From Desulfatiglandales bacterium (GTDB lineage: Bacteria; Desulfobacterota; DSM-4660; Desulfatiglandales; Desulfatiglandaceae): 64,000 nt of DNA. The position numbers and the translations under genes are program-made. Where the stretch lies: assembly GCA_963662465.1 (NCBI GenBank), contig OY759599.1:6240001-6304000 (forward strand), given 5' to 3'. Positions 61,553 to 64,000 of this stretch are shown one piece after another (the stretch's first letter is position 1; the number at the start of each line of letters is the position of its first letter). The notes under the pieces are model-generated. The model worked only from the letters and a program-made list of their open reading frames with translations, did no database searches and was not told the DNA's origin.

Positions 61553-62956
61553 ATGGAACGGATTGCAGAAAAAAGACTGACGGATTGGCTCGATTCAAGT
61601 TACCGCAAACCCTTGATCATTCGTGGTGCGCGTCAGGTGGGAAAGTCAACGCTGGTCAGACAGTTTGCAGGCCATAAAGAATTGGTTCTCCATGAAGTCA
61701 ATCTTGAACGGCATCCGACATTGGTGGATGTTTTTAAAACTCACGATACCGGAAAGATCCTTCGGGAACTTGAATTTATCTGTGGGAAAGGACCGATTTC
61801 AGGACAAGAGGGGTTGCTTTTCCTGGATGAAATACAGGCAGCGCCGATCGCCATTCAGGCCCTTCGATATTTCCATGAGGATCATCCCGAACTACCCGTA
61901 ATCGCAGCCGGTTCCCTCCTCGAATTTACAATGAGCAAACATTCCTTTTCCATGCCCGTGGGTCGAGTTGAATACCTCTACCTGGGTCCAGTAACCTTTA
62001 AAGAAACGCTGGCGGCCATGGGCAAGAGTACTTTGCTGAACTTGTTGAACCATTATCAACTGAATGAGGCTTTTCCGCAATCCGCCCACGACCTCTTATT
62101 GGAATTGTTAAGAGTCTGGCTGCTGGTGGGAGGAATGCCTGAAGCAATCCAGCGATTCATCGATACCCATTCGCTCGACGCGGTTTTTGATGTCCATGCC
62201 TCGATTATTGAGACCTATAAAGACGATTTCGCAAAATATGCGACCCAGGCCGACCTGCTCCGTCTTCACAAGGTGTTTAACTATGTTCCCATGGCTGCCG
62301 GAGATAAATTCAAATACGTTCGCGTAGACCCCGATGAACAATCCAGAACCCTGAGCAGGGCGGTTGATTTGCTTGAAAAAGCACAAATTATCATGAAAGT
62401 CTCTCATACGGATGCATCCGGTCTGCCGCTTGGTGCTACCCTAAACAGACGAATATTCAAGACTTTCTTCTTGGATTGCGGGTTAATGAATACCATTTGC
62501 GGCGTTCAATGGATATCGTTGAACGAACTTAAGCGAACGTCATTTATCAATAAAGGTCGTATGGCTGAACAGTTCATCGCGCAACATCTTGCCTATATTG
62601 GAAAAAATAATGTAAGCCCGTTTTTGACCTACTGGTTGCGGGAAGGAAGAGCCGGAAATGCTGAGGTTGATTTTGTTGCACAATTAGGCCAAATCATTGT
62701 TCCCGTTGAGGTGAAAGCAGGCAAGAGCGGGTCTCTCAAATCGCTCCAGCAGTTTGTTTATCAAAAAAAGACCCGGGTCGGTGTTCGTTTTGATTTAAAC
62801 ATCCCCTCATTGCAACATGTTTCCCACACGCTGAGCCAAGGGGGAGAATCTGTACAAGTTGAATTTGATCTGATCTCCCTTCCTCTCTATATGATAGAGG
62901 AACTGCCCAGGGTTTTTGGGGAAGTTGTGCCTTATGGGTACTCAAAACAGCGCTAA
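61553..62956 (+). CDS. ATP-binding protein, AAA_14 + DUF4143 family
   Basis: GARQVGKS, LDEIQ, AGSLL, PVGRV, GGMP, EVDFV..PVEVKAG. Confidence 0.9.
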   Translation: MERIAEKRLTDWLDSSYRKPLIIRGARQVGKSTLVRQFAGHKELVLHEVNLERHPTLVDVFKTHDTGKILRELEFICGKGPISGQEGLLFLDEIQAAPIAIQALRYFHEDHPELPVIAAGSLLEFTMSKHSFSMPVGRVEYLYLGPVTFKETLAAMGKSTLLNLLNHYQLNEAFPQSAHDLLLELLRVWLLVGGMPEAIQRFIDTHSLDAVFDVHASIIETYKDDFAKYATQADLLRLHKVFNYVPMAAGDKFKYVRVDPDEQSRTLSRAVDLLEKAQIIMKVSHTDASGLPLGATLNRRIFKTFFLDCGLMNTICGVQWISLNELKRTSFINKGRMAEQFIAQHLAYIGKNNVSPFLTYWLREGRAGNAEVDFVAQLGQIIVPVEVKAGKSGSLKSLQQFVYQKKTRVGVRFDLNIPSLQHVSHTLSQGGESVQVEFDLISLPLYMIEELPRVFGEVVPYGYSKQR

Positions 62957-63017
62957 GTTCCGTGAAAAGGCAGGAAAGCGTTATCGGGAAAATAGGGAGG
63001 CAGGCGAAGGATAAAAA

Positions 63018-63692
63018 ATGGCAGTCAAAGGGATGCTGAAGGGATTTCCGTTATTTGTTCTGGTAGTGGTGGCTTTGGTACTCCTTTTCTGGCTCTTTTC
63101 AGGATTTATACTGACCCGGGTGGGCCGATTCCTGATATGTAATCAAAAACCGTTTGCCGCCGATGCCGTGGTGGTGTTGAGTACCGGCGTGGAGTACTAT
63201 CCCCGCCTGATGGAGGCTGCGGATCTGTTTCGAAAAGGGTTTGCCCGAAAGGTGGTGATCAATGGCAACCGAAAGACGGATGTTCTCCGTGAGCTTGAGA
63301 AAAGGGGCTTTGAAAAATGCTGTCCGTGGCATGAAGAAACAGTTAGAATTCTGGAAGTCTTGGGCGTGCCAAGGAAAGACGTTCTGCCGATCAACGCCGA
63401 GGATGCCTATGACACGGTCAGCGAGGCGAAAATTGTGGGCCGGCAGCTTATGGAAAGAGGATTTAAACGCCTGATTATCACAACCAGCAAATCGCATACA
63501 TGTCGTGCGTACCATATCTGGAGCAGCATGTTTAAAGGCGAGATGTTCATATGCACTGTTTCCGCAAAAACAGATCCTTTTGATGTCAATGGCTGGTGGA
63601 AACAGGGCCGGCAGATACGGTGGGTGTTGGCGGAGTATGGGGCCTGGATTTATTACGGGTGGAAGGAAGTTATGGGGTTTGGGGGAGGATGA
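63018..63692 (+). CDS. YdcF/DUF218 (ElyC/SanA-like) protein
   Basis: N-terminal TM, ADAVVVL, R..A..L, DTVSEA, TTS.SH..RA, WW..E. Confidence 0.8.
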   Translation: MAVKGMLKGFPLFVLVVVALVLLFWLFSGFILTRVGRFLICNQKPFAADAVVVLSTGVEYYPRLMEAADLFRKGFARKVVINGNRKTDVLRELEKRGFEKCCPWHEETVRILEVLGVPRKDVLPINAEDAYDTVSEAKIVGRQLMERGFKRLIITTSKSHTCRAYHIWSSMFKGEMFICTVSAKTDPFDVNGWWKQGRQIRWVLAEYGAWIYYGWKEVMGFGGG

Positions 63693-63695
63693 TGC

Positions 63696-64000
63696 ATGGG
63701 GAAATTGGGAGATGTGAAACGCATGTTTGATCCCACCCTTTTCTGGGATGCGGAAGCCATAGATGCCGAGCGTCATGCGGATTATGTTATAGCGAGGGTC
63801 CTGGATTTCGGGGATGAAAAGGACGTAAAGAGGCTAAGGGAAATATACTCTGACAATGAGCTGATTAAGGTCGTAAGGACGAGGCGGGGGCTCTTGCCGA
63901 TAACGAAACGATTCTGGTCAGTGTATTTTAATATCTTACCGCTAAGGGAGGAAGGGAATGTTTCAGGAAGCTCTCCCAGAAAATGCGTTGAACCTGATCG
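63696..64000 (+). CDS. DUF6922-like protein (open at window end)
   Basis: LFWDAEAIDAERHADYVIARVLDFGD..FWSVYF; not in ORF track because no stop in window. Confidence 0.6.
   Translation, partial: MGKLGDVKRMFDPTLFWDAEAIDAERHADYVIARVLDFGDEKDVKRLREIYSDNELIKVVRTRRGLLPITKRFWSVYFNILPLREEGNVSGSSPRKCVEPD
63958..64000 (+). CDS. Start of next gene (MFQEALPENALNLI), possibly an AbiEii-like nucleotidyltransferase
   Basis: GGAGG-led ATG; product inferred only from the usual DUF6922 pairing. Confidence 0.35.
   Translation, partial: MFQEALPENALNLI

Overview
Bacterial window, probably Desulfobacterota (inferred from gene content only), with three blocks. (1) 1.6-16.6 kb: a RiPP-type cluster with an NHLP export module (TolC-like, HlyD-like, C39-peptidase ABC, second ABC), a LivK-like binding lipoprotein, two NHLP-leader precursors, one Nif11-leader precursor, two radical SAM/SPASM maturases and a cNMP-binding protein. 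All three precursor cores share a C-X4-E motif. (2) 16.6-39 kb: a mosaic of ten co-oriented Rpn-family (PD-(D/E)XK, YhgA/DUF4351-like) copies from three subfamilies. Each copy has an in-frame internal SD+ATG, and the six broken copies all keep that C-terminal small ORF. They are interleaved with HigBA (x2), BrnT-type, HicAB and AAA/DUF4143 modules or fragments, several MITE/REP elements, and two near-identical 1903-bp group II introns inserted at the same position of a REP hairpin. (3) 39-64 kb: two Geobacter-like type IVa pilins under a sigma-54 promoter, a large GT-C/GT2/YfhO glycosylation island, then more AAA/DUF4143 and TA genes. All family assignments come from motif recognition; no searches were run.
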